A stretch of 63,159 nucleotides of DNA, filler included, from Pelomyxa schiedti (GCA_020536535.1; 7 parts of 7 records of this genome joined end to end with filler, not necessarily neighbours in it), one strand, 5' to 3'; shown: positions 23,101 to 35,819, numbered from the whole stretch's first letter. A program made the numbers and translations. The notes: generated by a model not told the origin, from the letters alone.

Positions 23101-25442
23101 CATTGCAACCTTGACAGGGATTGGTTGGGTTGACTTGCCCATCAACGAAACATGTATTATGAATCCAACAATATCCGGCAGTTACATTAATGGCACATTT
23201 TGTACCATCACACTGTGAAACTGTTGTTTAGTTAAAAAAGGAAAAGAAATCACTGAAGGTCATACATGTACATGAAGAGGTATTTGTGCAAAGAAAAGGG
23301 CGTCCAGCACAATTTCCATTGGAGTCACATTGATCAGATCGGGTGCAGAGGTCCCCATCATCACATGCAACTCCTTTCAAGGCAGTCCAGTTTGTGGGAT
23401 TCGCTGGAGAAATGCATTGCTAACATGTGTAAGTATGATGAGGGCTGACAGTGAATACATACCAGGCATTCATTCCAAGACGGGCGTGTTCCATGATCCA
23501 CACACTCATTATCAATAAAGCAGTCGTTATTGTTCAAACAATTGCACTTTCTGTCACTTTTCTTGGGTGAAGCGACGCATACCCCACATTGCTTGCACAC
23601 AAGGCACGTTTCAGAAATATCACTTGGTAATGATGAAACTAAGGAAGTTTGTTTTGTGTGTACCATTGGGATTGGAAATCAAGAAAAGTCCCGGTTGGGC
23701 CATAAAAGTAGTTATTTGACAAATCACTAAAAAAACAAAAGAAAAGAAAATGGCATCATGAGCCAATAAAAGAAATGGGAACATAATTCTACACACACAT
23801 AAAATAGGTAACTGCCAGGTTTCTAATCGAATAAACAGTGCTTGTGAACTGATTGCTTGACAAATCTCTGTCAGTTGTTGGTTGGGATTGTATTGGAGGG
23901 AGGAGAGTAGAAACATGTATTCCAAGATCATATCCTCCATTTGCGGCGGGAGTGTTCCATCGAGATTGTTATTGCTCAGGTCACTTCACATTTATGGTTG
24001 TGCTTAGAACAAAAGTCGGAATTCAGAAATTACTCACAGATAGATAATCTTGTCCATGTTGCCAATGGATGTGTGCAAGTGCCCATGCATGTCGTTGTTC
24101 GGGAGGGATCTACCCAAGCGTTAGGGTGCTAATAATAAGGTGACCTCAGGTACTCACAATTCAGTGATTCTCTCAACACCATCCACTTGTCCACATGTCA
24201 CCCCAGGGAGGTTCAGGACACAGGAATTGTTCACCCTTTTTGCTTCTTCAGAACATGGGTCAGTGGCCCTAATAAAGTCACTATGTAAGGGATTAATAAA
24301 TTATTTCTGTAACTTACAGAGCACTTTCCTCAGCGTTGTACAAATGGAAAAGGGGCGCTACTTCCGAACTTGAAAGTGAATCTAAAAATGGTGTTAAACA
24401 ATATGACAAAAAACAGTGACAAACTTGAAGACTCAGACTTTGAATACGATGCGCTCAAAGAAATGGAAGTAGATTCACTTTTGCTAGTGCTTGACGAGCC
24501 AGATTCAGAAAAAGATGCACTAGATGATGATGATGACACCGATGAAGAAAGAGACTCTGAAACAGAGGTAGATCCAGAAAAAGAGTTTGATTCCGACTGT
24601 GAATCCGAGCATGAACTAGACTCAGAATCCGAAACCGATTCAGAGGTGGATTGAGAGCGGGATGAAGACGATTCAGACTGTGAACTGGAACTCAAACTGT
24701 AAGACAAAGAATCCGACTCAGAATCTGAGTATGATTCGGAACCAGATACCGACGATGACGACGATGGTGGTTCCGAAGAAGAGTACGAGCCAGACTCAGA
24801 ACTGGAGGACGAAGATTCAGATTCCGATTCAGAATCCGAGGACGAAGACAAAGACAAAGACGAAGAGGAAGAGGAATACGAAGCCGAGTACGAATCGGAG
24901 CCAGACCCCGACAATGACGACGACGATTCCGAGGAGGAAGAGCGCGAGTCAGACAAGGACGCCGACGGCGAGAGAGAGCGCGACCGCGACGACGAGGACG
25001 ACGCCGACGACGACGCCGAAGAGGACGACGAGGACGCCGACGACGACGACGCGGAGGACGACCGCGACGAAGACGACGACTCGGACGACGACGAGGCGGA
25101 GGACGAGGCGGAGGTGAGCACGAGGAGCCACGACGACGGGGCGTTGTAGCTGTACATGTCGCACAGGGCCTCCACCTCCAGCCGCACCACGTCCGCCCCT
25201 GGCCGCCGGCCCATTGCTGTCGCTTTGGCCCCGCCCCCGCTCCCTGCCGCCTCTCCCTGTGCCCCCTCTGCCCATGCCCCTCGCCCCTGCTCCCCCTCCT
25301 CCTGCACCCCGTGCCGATTCCCCTGGACCAGGGCGCTGAGACCACAACACCGCGCGGGTGGGACAAGTAGGGTGGTGGTGAGGAGGAGGAGAGCTACAAC
25401 CAGCAACCGCGTCGTTGAAGAAGACATGGTCGCATGTGACAT
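20146..25442 (-). CDS. Single-pass transmembrane TKL-type receptor kinase with Ser-rich and Cys-rich ectodomain
   Basis: Signal peptide, Ser-rich blocks (24400-25120 and 22580-23080) flanking Cys-rich exons, TM helix at ~22405-22490, juxtamembrane beta domain (LDFGLGNHQAPVG). Kinase motifs GEGSYG, VAVK, HRDLKTDN, DFG, GTPAFMAP, CWSAEPHNRP. Confidence 0.88.
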
Positions 25443-25745
25443 ATGACGGTATATATCACCAACCAGCCCCCCCGCCCCAGCCTGGCTGATGTGTTGGTGA
25501 GGTGTACGCGTCCTTCGCTCGTGTTTCTTGTCTTTCTTGAAACCCCGATTTCGCAGAAGAGATCGGATCGGAAATAGTGATGAAGAGGTGGAGGCTGGGT
25601 TGTAGTTATGGGACCCGCCAACGTCGGCAAGTATAGACTGGATGTTAAATAGTCCGACTCAGCATACCTTTCCTTTTTTTTAGAATAGCTTTTTATGTTA
25701 CAGTGTAAAAAAACATAACTCAAATGTGCATTGTCCATGCTTGTT

Positions 25746-27512
25746 TCTTTCTTAATTATTGATGCGTTATTGAAGGGAACAAGATGCACTTTTCCAACCT
25801 TGGTGGCATTGTGGACTGCAAAATGCAAGCATGGTGAACCGGTGGTTGATTGTTGTGGACATTACGACAGTCACAAGAACAGGCTCCTTTCGAGAGTGGC
25901 AAGATGAACACCTTGTTTCGAGGTGAGTGAATAGATTCTAAATAATGATTGTGCATACTGGAAGGTTTTGAACTTATCAAGCTTTTCGGCAAGGTCGCCA
26001 GGGAGAACTCTGAGGGCTTGCAGGCGAATTTTGTTGTCTGCTGAAAGCGATGCCAAGCACATTTCTTCCAAGGTGCTCATGAACCGCATTGAGCCTCCCG
26101 CGGAGATGGAGAACAATGCAGCACATCCTGAATTTATGTTAAATAATAAAGAACAGCGTGAGAAAGTGCCAACCTTGTTGGAATGTTTCAATGTTGTTGG
26201 TGTGACAACGAATTACAGACTTCAATGTACTTGAGGAGAGACAGAAAACATCATGCCTTAAATCGGGAAAAACATCAACGACCTTGGAAATCAGTCCACA
26301 ACCTGAAGGAAGTTCACCAACAAGAGTGTTTTTAAAATGGATGGTGCCACACCTGCTTCCTGGATGCGCTCATCAAAGATGTTCCTTTCCATTGTTTGCA
26401 CTGAAACGATGATGAGAAAAATATCCTCTCATGGATTGGCCCCTGGCTCACCTGCAATTGTCACAAGGGTCAAGGCCTTCAATTGATGCATGTCAAGGAA
26501 TTCGCCAAGTAGCACTGCCCCGAAAAATCCCCATGCTGTTGTAATGGTGACATTATTGTAATTTCATTTGTGTTGGTGGGATTATACCTGCGCAGAGACA
26601 TTCCTGCAAAATAATTGTCGATTTATACTTGCCAAGAACAGCAATGAAATGGTCAACAATCATGACATACGGATTGGGCGACGCAAGTAAGAAGTTGCAG
26701 GCAGAAGAAATGTCACTCAAATGGGATTTTGGGTGCGTTCGGCTCAAACAGTCAAGACGATCAGGATATTGATGGACATTCCTCACATGACAAAAACATA
26801 ATCGGGCGATTAGCTGTCACCAAGACTACAAGTCAACAACCCAGCACACAAAAAGGAGGAAAACTGAACCTGGAGTGCCTTCAACTGCGCAACCATGACA
26901 GGGACGTGTGTAACAGTGAATATCATGATGGTTTGAAAATCCTCCTTTCCTATTTTTGTTTTTGTCTGTGATTAATATGCAGACACACTGCGGTAACTAC
27001 CGTTATGTGTCACAAGGTAATTCATCCCATCTGGAGTTTCCAGCACAAAGTCGACCAAGTTTTCTTGTACAGGTTAAGAAAGAAAGGAAACAAGAGCTTG
27101 GAACAAACCAAGTTGTTCCGCTGCACGCAGACAGCTGCGGCGGGGCATGAATCGCAACGCGTTTGCGTTTTTCTTGAACACGCGATGATGATGGCCGTTA
27201 CTGCCCTCCGCATCGCACGTCGTGCGTTCGGCACCCTGCTGTCCATCAAACGCGTCACCGCTGTTGCTGTTGTGCCTCTTGATCTCATCCAGCACCGCCG
27301 TCACCTTGTAGATTTTAAATATTACCAACGAAGAGAGGAGATCTGGGCTGTGGTACCTCTGAATGGATAATGGCAGATATGTTGTCTCTGATGAACCGCA
27401 GCATTGCTCCCTCCACACTTGAGATTCTCGAGATTGCTGGAAGCTATCTTTTGTCAACATCTTGTTCCTTGTGCCAAGTTTTTGGCAGCATTGCCCGGAC
27501 TGCATCCTTCAT
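25746..27512 (-). pseudogene. Degenerate coding remnant with a BC-box/SOCS-box-like segment
   Basis: Short protein-like ORFs broken by stops. STLEEMCLASL..LRVLPGDLAEKL at ~25980-26080, followed by an ankyrin-like GSPCLHFAV. Confidence 0.35.
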
Positions 27513-27618
27513 AACAACAATAAACAAACGAATTGAATCAAGCTGGTGAACAGTATTGTTTAAATCGCTGGTTTAAAACCTCATGTTGTCAGTTACTAAC
27601 TGTTATTAACTGAGACTC

Positions 27619-28164
27619 TCAGTCCCAGAATTTGACACCACTGCACATGACGTGGAAAGGGTTGGGATTCATGTGCGTGCTGTCGAAAAACACCCTGACC
27701 CACCTGAACTCTGTCTGTGCCCATGCATCGTCAACACCGAACCTCTGCCATGGGTCAGCACATCTGGCCGTGCAGTGGCACAGTGCAACCCACGGCCCAG
27801 TGGCCTGGCCCAGTGACCCTGACACAGTGATGTCTTTGGGGGCACAGGGGTGGATCGCGGTCCTGATCCAGAAGACCGGGATTCTGCACGGGCGGTTCAT
27901 CTCGAACAATAGGTACTGCCCCGTGGCGCAGCCCAGCTGGGACATCCAGGACGTGAGCGGGGTGTGGCTGTAGTCGATCACGCAGTCTGGGACGTGGGGC
28001 CGTTCTGTGGATGACGCTGTCACCCCACGAATCAACTTGTTGTTCCCGTCGATTGATTGTGCCACGGCCTACAGTTACAAGGGGGTGGCGCCACAAACTC
28101 AGAGAAAAAAGGCAGAGAACGATACCCTGCAGGGTTGTGACATCACAGTTTTCTGGGTGTCCAT
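27619..28164 (-). CDS. Small galactose-binding-like (F5/8 type C / discoidin-like) domain protein
   Basis: VTASS, SWMS, QYLLFEM, APKDITVSGS..GPW, FRWVRV pattern. The start is uncertain. Confidence 0.7.
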
Positions 28165-28431
28165 CCACAACGTGAAGTCTTCGCTAACGCGCCGCTTAGA
28201 TGCAGAAGTTCCCTCGGTTTGTCTGGATGATTGTTCCCCGAAGACGAGCCCAGCGCCTTACAGATGTTAGTTCAGGATGCTGATTGCTGGCAGTGTGATC
28301 CACTGGATCACAAGTTGTTATCCATCCCTCTGGATCATCGGAACAACTCCAGAATAATCAGTATTTACTTCAGCTAGCAATCAAAAAGAGCCAGGGAGAA
28401 CCAACAACAGAGTTGTCGTCTACCAGACGAA

Positions 28432-29294
28432 ATGTGTGGAGCCACCACGAGTGAAGACTTATCTGAGCGTGACAAACGACAATTCGACAAATACGTCGAG
28501 GGGATGAACCGAGGCCACAAAAAATACCTCGAGCGAGAGCCACGTCGGCTCAGCAGCCGGATCGCAGCAGGCGACACAAGCGCGATGGTCGAGCTGGCTC
28601 AAGCCCACTTATGGGGCCCGTTAGTCTGACGGAACCACAGAGGCAGGTGTACCACCCAAAGGGCATTGCGCTGCTGACCCAGGGCAGCCCGGGGGCGGCA
28701 ACACTGAGGCAATCGAGCTCGATGAGACCTGCTACACACACAACTCGTGGAGGCTTGGCGCGTGGTATGTGCGTGGTGACGGCGTGGAGAGAGACTGGGC
28801 AAAGGCCGTGGAGCTCATGCTGAGGTGTGACGGAGATGATTCCGCGAGAGCTGATCTTGCATTGTGCTATCTGTGTGGCGGCTATGGTGTCGAGAGGAAT
28901 GTGGGCAAGGCGTTGGCGGCTGTGGAGGGAATCGGACAAGGAAGGGTGTTGGCGTTCCTGGGTTATTGTCACGAGAGGGGTGTTGGTGGTGAGGTGGATG
29001 CCAACAAGGCTCGTGAGATGTATGGACAGGTGAGAAATTACCCTCATTGTGCAGAGGCACTTGGGGAGCTTGGTCTGTATTTCTGGAGAGGTGAAATCAG
29101 CTGTTGGGTATTTCCGAATGGGTGTGGATGGTGGTGATCCCATTTTGATGTATCACCTTGGTGTGTATCTCAGGGAAGGTGGTGATGGTGTTGAATGTGA
29201 CATGGAGGAGCAATCATGCCACTTGTCGCAGCAGGCTGCCCAGCAGCCTTGGTTTGTGAAAAAACAGCAGAAGAAGAGTTTGGTTGTGCAATAA
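28432..29294 (+). pseudogene. Sel1-like repeat protein, frameshifted
   Basis: GDGVERDWAKAVEL, LALCYLCGGYGVERN, LGYCHERGVGGEVDANKA and MYHLGVYL are spread over different frames with no obvious introns. Confidence 0.75.
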
Positions 29295-30004
29295 GTTGGA
29301 GTAACACTGCAAAGACGGGACCTTGGCACACGACAACAAAGCACCATGACAGGGGCTACTACTGCTAAAGCCAAGGGTTTCAAAGAGCATGTTGTTTACA
29401 AGAGACTTCTGGTGTGTGCCACTTTCTTTCTGCTTTGTTGTGTCCTGTAATCTGGTTGCCAGGACTGACGAGCCTATTAAGAAGCTTTGAATTGTGTGGC
29501 AAAGGTGGGGGTATTTCAGTGGAACAGTTGTACGTCCAATGTGGTGTTGGTGTGAACCTCACCCAGCCTCAAATGGATGAGGCTGCGAAGCAACTGGCAG
29601 AAGCCAACAGCAGCACCCTCTGCTCTTTTTCAACCATCTTCCAGAAGGGAGCATCTGGTGTGATAGTCGATCGGTGGTGAATTTTTGGGAAGTCTGAGCT
29701 TGATTTGGAAAAGATTGTGATTGCAACCAGACTCAACTGTAATTTTCCATTTTCCTCAGTATTTTCAGCTTGTCTCACCATGAAAAGTGGCACTTTGTAG
29801 CAAGGAATACTCACATGTCTAAGTGGCTATTCTGGCAAATGGATCTGCTGTCACCCCTGACTAGAGGGTTTTTGAGGCAGTGGTGCACTTCGTTTGCACA
29901 CTTTTGTGTGGGTAAGAAGAAGAAGAAGAAGAAGAAGAAGATGAGGAGGAGGAGGAGGAGGCAGAGCCACTAGTCACAGTGTCACTGTCACTTCTATCAC
30001 CAGC

Positions 30005-30137
30005 ACAAACAAACAAACAAACAAAACAAAACAAAACAAAACAAAACAAAACAAAACAAAACAAAACAAAACAAAACAAAACAAAACAAAACAAAACAAA
30101 ACAAAACAAAACAAAACAAAACAAAACAAAACAAAAC
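30005..30137. repeat. (CAAAA)n microsatellite at a contig end
   Basis: Directly visible, ends at the gap. An (AAG)n(GAG)n tract lies at 29914-29960. Confidence 0.95.
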
Positions 30138-30237
30138 NNNNNNNNNNNNNNNNNNNNNNNNNNNNNNNNNNNNNNNNNNNNTTAATTAATTAANNNNNNN
30201 NNNNNNNNNNNNNNNNNNNNNNNNNNNNNNNNNNNNN
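30138..30237. other. Artificial contig spacer N44-TTAATTAATTAA-N44. Also at 38082-38181, 39825-39924, 42328-42427, 58775-58874, 62020-62119.
   Basis: Identical 100-nt structure with a six-frame stop linker. Confidence 0.97.
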
Positions 30238-30373
30238 CCCCTGGATTATAACATTCGAAGAGCAGTAAGCTTTTGGCACAAGTGACAGTGTTATTGTGTT
30301 ACACAAAAGCCCGCCGCTTTTTAATGTTTTAATGTTCAACAGAACGAACAAAAACTTTCTGAGAAGCATCACC

Positions 30374-31591
30374 ATGGCGACTAGAACGACAGCCAAGGCA
30401 CAAGCGATGGCGATGTGCTGCGCAGCAATTGTGGGACGGCATCGTCCCGTACCAACATCTGCGAAGTCGCCTTGCCCGTCGATGACGGAGTGGGCGCGGT
30501 CGCCGGCGCTGGTGAGGCAGTGGGCCGACGACTGGGTCCTCCCCCCATTATGGGACGCCGTGTTCAAACTCCCAATAAAGGCGAAAACCCGGGACCCAAT
30601 GGCCCCGCCGCATTTTTTTCATGTGAGTGTGTCACTGACACTTGGCATTGTGGGTCATTCAGAGTTCGTGTGCGGTTCCGAGGAAGTTGTGTGTGGGTGC
30701 CTCGGTGAAAACAGGGTGCTGGTGACTGTGACCAAGAGGAATCCTGGCAGGGATGATCCCATAACCGAGCACATGATCAGGGATACAACGGCTCCGTGGA
30801 GCCCAGAGTGTTGCTTGCCTGAGGCTTCTCTGGCGCAAATTGGGCCCACAAGGTGCAACTGGAAGTGGATCGTTGGGTGTGACTACCATCACTCAATGTA
30901 CATCCACAAGGTGGTGCATGGTTCGCCTGTTGGGGCTGATGTGACTGTGATGTGCAGGGGCTCTGTGCGTGGTGTTGTTCCTATGTTCACACCACTGGGT
31001 GATGACATTGTGCAGTTCCGTGAAACACATGGTGAGGATGATGGTGATTACAACAGCTGCTCTGTTGTTGTGTTTGTTGACCTGGAAGCCACGTTCAACA
31101 AGAAGGACCTGGTTGTGATCTCAAAGATTGACTGTGGCCCGAATTGGGCACTGCCACCAGCCGGAATAACGTGGATGCCTGACAGTTCCCCTTGCATTCT
31201 GAGGTCCAGGTTCCTGGTTAACCCTGAGACGCATGCTGCTGTGCTAGCTTACACACTGGTGGACCCATCAAAATCCCACGCAACAGTGATGGAGTTCCGT
31301 CACAAAACCGTGCTCACCCTGGGCAAGAATCATTTCTTTGCTGTTTCTGCACAGAATAGGTGGTCGGCAGTGACCAACTTTGAGGTGTTTCACAATGGTG
31401 ACCTCACACATCCAACACTCAGTGTTCCATGCACCTGGGCAGCCCGTGACCCAATGGGCCTGATCCTTTCAACGTACCTCCCTGACTGTGGTGCCACTGA
31501 AATTCAATTCTCACTGCATGATGGAGTCACTGGATTTCACATTGGTGTGTTTTCTGTGTCACTACCAACCAATCTTGGATTCCAACCTTGA
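30374..31591 (+). CDS. Uncharacterised superfamily, subfamily D, intronless ~405 aa
   Basis: AKAQAMAMCC, EWARSPALVRQWADDWVLPP, VSLTLGIV, CNWKWIV, VDLEATF, HDGVTGFHIG. Confidence 0.9.
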   Translation: MATRTTAKAQAMAMCCAAIVGRHRPVPTSAKSPCPSMTEWARSPALVRQWADDWVLPPLWDAVFKLPIKAKTRDPMAPPHFFHVSVSLTLGIVGHSEFVCGSEEVVCGCLGENRVLVTVTKRNPGRDDPITEHMIRDTTAPWSPECCLPEASLAQIGPTRCNWKWIVGCDYHHSMYIHKVVHGSPVGADVTVMCRGSVRGVVPMFTPLGDDIVQFRETHGEDDGDYNSCSVVVFVDLEATFNKKDLVVISKIDCGPNWALPPAGITWMPDSSPCILRSRFLVNPETHAAVLAYTLVDPSKSHATVMEFRHKTVLTLGKNHFFAVSAQNRWSAVTNFEVFHNGDLTHPTLSVPCTWAARDPMGLILSTYLPDCGATEIQFSLHDGVTGFHIGVFSVSLPTNLGFQP

Positions 31592-31599
31592 AGTTCATC

Positions 31600-32020
31600 C
31601 CCAACAACAAGAATAATAGAAGCAATGTATTTTGAGAAACTGATGCTGGAAGTGTGATGTCGATGCAACCAGGTGATGGCCTGATTGTGATCCAGCAATA
31701 CTTGTGCATGCCACTGTGCACGGAACACTCAATGTGAGCCTTGCTCCCTGGGATCACCAGAGGGTCCCTTCCCGGCCCTTACGCACATCCACCACTGTGC
31801 CTTCCACTCCTAATCAGCAGCTTCCAGTCACCCAAGCACCAGCACGCCTGTTTCCAATGCTTCCAACCACAGCGAGGGTTAGTGACACACCCCCTCCTCT
31901 TTCTTCATCCCTCTTGTTCTGATTATGTGCCAGTGGGAGCACAAAAACAGCTTCCCTTGCCGGCCTGAGAACCCAGTCATTTGCCCACATCCTGAACAAC
32001 GTCGTTTGTGTCCATTGAGC
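31600..32020 (-). pseudogene. Internally deleted subfamily D remnant
   Basis: WANDWVLRPAREAVFVLPL..GVSLTLAVVGSIGNRR, then stops. Confidence 0.65.
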
Positions 32021-33077
32021 CAGACTTGAAGTTGTTGGTGCTGTTAGAGGTGATGATGAGGAGGTCGTTGATGTGACGGTTGGGGTTTGGACCGGCGTTT
32101 CCTCCTCCTCCTCGGTGGCGACGTAGTGGCGGTTGCGGTTGCTGTGGTGGGGTTGGTGGAGTTGTTGGGGCCGGAGGGCGATTATGGGAGTGCCAGGAGT
32201 TGTGACGTCGTGTGAGCGTTGACAAGAGTCCTGTTGTCAGAGAGAATTCATCAATTCACACTTTTTGGCATCAACGGGGCAGAAAAGGTCCTGGAGATCC
32301 AAAGACCCGAAAAATGAACATCGCACCCTCACATTCATTTCAGCTCCGCTTGCACCGAATTGCTTCTTTGAGATGATGATGCCCAATAAAAGCGACGCCC
32401 TGGGGCGGGCATCAGTCAATTTCAACAACAAAGGGGCCGTACGGTACCCGATTTATCTTCGTGTCAGCTTATAAGAAGAATCGTTCTAATAATCACTTTC
32501 GAATTTCAATTTTCACATCACAACAAAAAAGCAAAAGAAGATGTGTTACTTGGTTACATGCCCAAAGTGCGGAAAGAAGACGTGGGCTGGTTGTGGTCGC
32601 CACGCTGAGCAAGTTATGGCTCCTGTATGTTTGCTTTTCTCTTTCTTTGATGTAAAAAACTTTACGTTTTGTTTTTTTTGTTTTTTTTAACACGGGAAAA
32701 ACCATTTAAAAATGCACATTGTGTGGTTTTAACGGTATTAACTGTGATAATATAATCTTTGGGGTGAGGGTTATCTTAAACTTATGTAATTTTACTGTAG
32801 GTTCCAGTTGCAGAACGTTGCACTTGTCCGCGGTGCTAACATACACCAAAAATGCGCTCCTAGTACAACAGGCCCACTTGTATTCACTTCCACTTCATCC
32901 ACACACATAGGAAATTTTCGTACTGCACAACAACCAAAGTTTGTACAACAACAAACCTTTGCTTGTTGGAAATGTTACCTACCAAGAGAAAATCAAGAGA
33001 TAGTGGTTCTCTCGTTAAATTGATTTTTTTAAATAAGAATTTTACACAAAATTGTAATAAAAGGTCCTGCCACACTG

Positions 33078-34012
33078 TTACAGAATGTTGCAGCCACCCT
33101 TGCGTTTCTTGGCATTCTTGACATTTGGTGGTGGAGTGATCACGCACCTGATTGCAGTGTCAAACACCTCCTTGAGTCCCTTCTGTGTCAATGCAGAGCA
33201 CTCCAGAAACTTCGTCGCATTGATTTCCTTTGCCTTGGCAACTCCTTGCTCGTATGAAATTGGTGTTGCCTTGATGTGGGCCCTTTCTCTGGCTTCCCTG
33301 TCATCCCTGAGGTCGGTCTTGGTTCCTACAAGCACGATAGGCGTCTTGGGGCAGTGGTGCGATATCTCAGGGTACCACTTGCTGCTCACGTTCTCGTATG
33401 AGGGTGGGCTGATCACTGAGAATGCAACAATGAACACATCAGTGCAAGGATATGAGAGCGGCCTCTGTAATATGGGTTAGTATCTGCGCGATTACATTCG
33501 GTGCAGGTATAAATAAATTGAAAGCAAAACGTTGTGAAATAAACNNNNNNNNNNNNNNNNNNNNNNNNNNNNNNNNNNNNNNNNNNNNNNNNNNNNNNNN
33601 NNNNNNNNNNNNNNNNNNNNNNNNNNNNNNNNNNNNNNNNNNNNGCAACAATGAACACATCAGTGCAAGGATATGAGAGCGGCCTCTGTAATATGGGTTA
33701 GTATCTGCGCGATTACATTCGGTGCAGGTATAAATAAATTGAAAGCAAAACGTTGTGAAATAAACGTTGTTGTTGTTAGTTTTTATAATTATTTGTGATT
33801 TCAGAACATACAAGGCGATCATAGTCCTCCTGACCGGCAGTGTCCCACAATCCCAAGTTTATCGGCCGGCCGTCGACCATCACGTTCGTGCTGTAGTTGT
33901 CGAAAACCGTCGGGATATAGTCGGTCGGGAACGCGTCGGAAGTGTAACTGATGAGCAGGCAAGTCTTGCCAACTGCTCCGTCGCCAACAACAACGCATTT
34001 GATGGCTTGCAT
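33078..34012 (-). CDS. rac: Rac-type Rho GTPase, 2 exons; the scaffold gap duplicates 121 bp
   Basis: [44 protein letters not shown], polybasic tail and CNIL CAAX. Confidence 0.96.
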
Positions 34013-34245
34013 GTTTCTTTTTTTGCTTTGTTGTCTGTTGTTTTGGTTGTCGGTTGTTTGTTGTTTGTTGTGTCCGAATAAAAGGACTTACCGTCCTACA
34101 TGAGGAGTCTGAACACAAAAAGTTTGAATGCCGGTTCAAAACTAGCACCGTCCCTGAAAAAAACGTTCTACTTTTGATCGTTTCTAAGTTTCTAATTGCG
34201 ACGCGGAACAAAACGAAAAATGAGACAAAACGCAAAGCGTGCCCG

Positions 34246-35717
34246 ATGACAACGTCAGCGATCCTTACGGCCAAGTGATGGCGGTGTGCTGTGCCGCCAT
34301 TGTGGGACGCCGTTGCGCAACGGTAGCACCTGCCAAATCACTGTCGGAGTGGGCGCGGTCGCCTGCGCTGGTGAGGCAGTGGGCCGACGACTGGGTCCTC
34401 CCCCCATTGTGGGACGCCGTGTTCAAACTCCCAATAAAGACGTGGAAGGAAGGTGTGTGCGGGTGCATTGGTGACAACAGGGTGCTGGTGGCAGTGATCA
34501 AGTACCCGGGAGTGTCGGGCCCATCCGCAGGGAATACTGCATCAAGGATACATCCGTGTGGCGAATCAACAACCACAGAATTGACGACGACTACACTGAC
34601 TCCGGCCAAGTCACAAGTCATTTCTGTCGTTTGTGCTGCAGTCGTCGCAAAACGACGAATGCCCCTTAGACATCATCACCCGGCGCCGAGCCTGGTCGAG
34701 TGGTGCCAATCAAAAGAAGCAGTGAGAACTTGGGCCGAGTGGGTCCTGAGGCCCGTGAGGGACGCTGTGTTCAGGGGAAATTCGACAGGCCCAGGTGGAG
34801 GTACATGTGCATGAGTGTGTCACTGACGCTTGGTGTTGTAACTGTATCTGGGTTCACGTCGGCGATGGTCCCGCGGTACTGCATGACCGGCCCGAACAAG
34901 GTGCTGTGCTCCACGTCGTATCCCAGTGACTGGTGGAAATGGGAGCACCGCGTGGTGGACTCGGTGACTGGGGACGTGTGCTGGTCATCTTCGCCTCTGT
35001 CACCTCATGATGAGGCCAGGGCGAACAGGAAGTGGCTGGTGTGTGAGGGGTCACAAGGCGGGGAGATTTGGCTTTGGAGGGTTGCTGGGTGTGCCTGTGG
35101 AGCCAAAGAAGTGCTTCTTGTCAGGCCAATCTCGCTTGTCAGAGTTTGAGTTCTCACCACAATGTGAGGATGTACTGGTGGACCTTGACAGGTATTCTGC
35201 CAGGTTTTATGATTTGGAGGCAAGCTTCCAGGCACAGGAGGTGGTGATCACCAATCAGCTTGAACTTCATGGGTACAGGCCATCGAGAGGGATTATGTTG
35301 GCCCCTGACGGCTCGAAGAGCACACTGCAATGGTACGGTTCACACTTTCTCATGATGCCTCGTAAAGCAGACAACACAATCCTGATGTCCCCCAAGCCCT
35401 GGACAGTTCAACCAATCAGTGCGAGCCGTGCTTTGGTTGCTGAGAGTGATTGGCCTGAATACCAAGTGTATAGCGCAGATGGGAGTTGTGACCCAAGCAA
35501 GCCAATCTTCCGTGTCCCCTGCAGTTGGTTCAGTGCAAACCCACAGTCAGGCCTCGTTGCATCCACACCAAGCAATCAACAACACCAGAGAGCCAACAAC
35601 AGCACCAAGGCTCAAAAGCTCAGCATAGCAGTGCACGATGGGATCACAGGGCACTACTTTGGTGTGCTCACTGTGCCCTTTGGGTTCCCTTGGGTGTTTG
35701 ATCCCAAAACAGAATAG
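34246..35717 (+). pseudogene. Two fused subfamily D-like copies (5' fragment plus near-complete copy) with several frameshifts
   Basis: The N-terminal box occurs twice (WADDWVLPP at ~34390, WAEWVLRP at ~34740). Frame changes at ~34276, ~34775 and ~35090. The copy ends in VHDGITGHYFG. Confidence 0.75.
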
Positions 35718-35819
35718 AGTGTGTCTGGACACAACCAATTCCTGTGTGAAGAAAATTGTTCCACGACAACGATTTTCACCACAACAATTTTTTCCTAAAT
35801 CAAAGACCATCACAAATCA

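Noticed and set aside
22585-25150. Plus-strand Asp/Glu-rich and Arg/Thr-rich ORFs
   Set aside because: They are antisense shadows of TCN serine codon runs in the receptor kinase.
33424-33765. 121-bp exact direct repeat in the Rac gene
   Set aside because: The copies flank a 100-N gap, which indicates an unmerged contig overlap rather than exon duplication.
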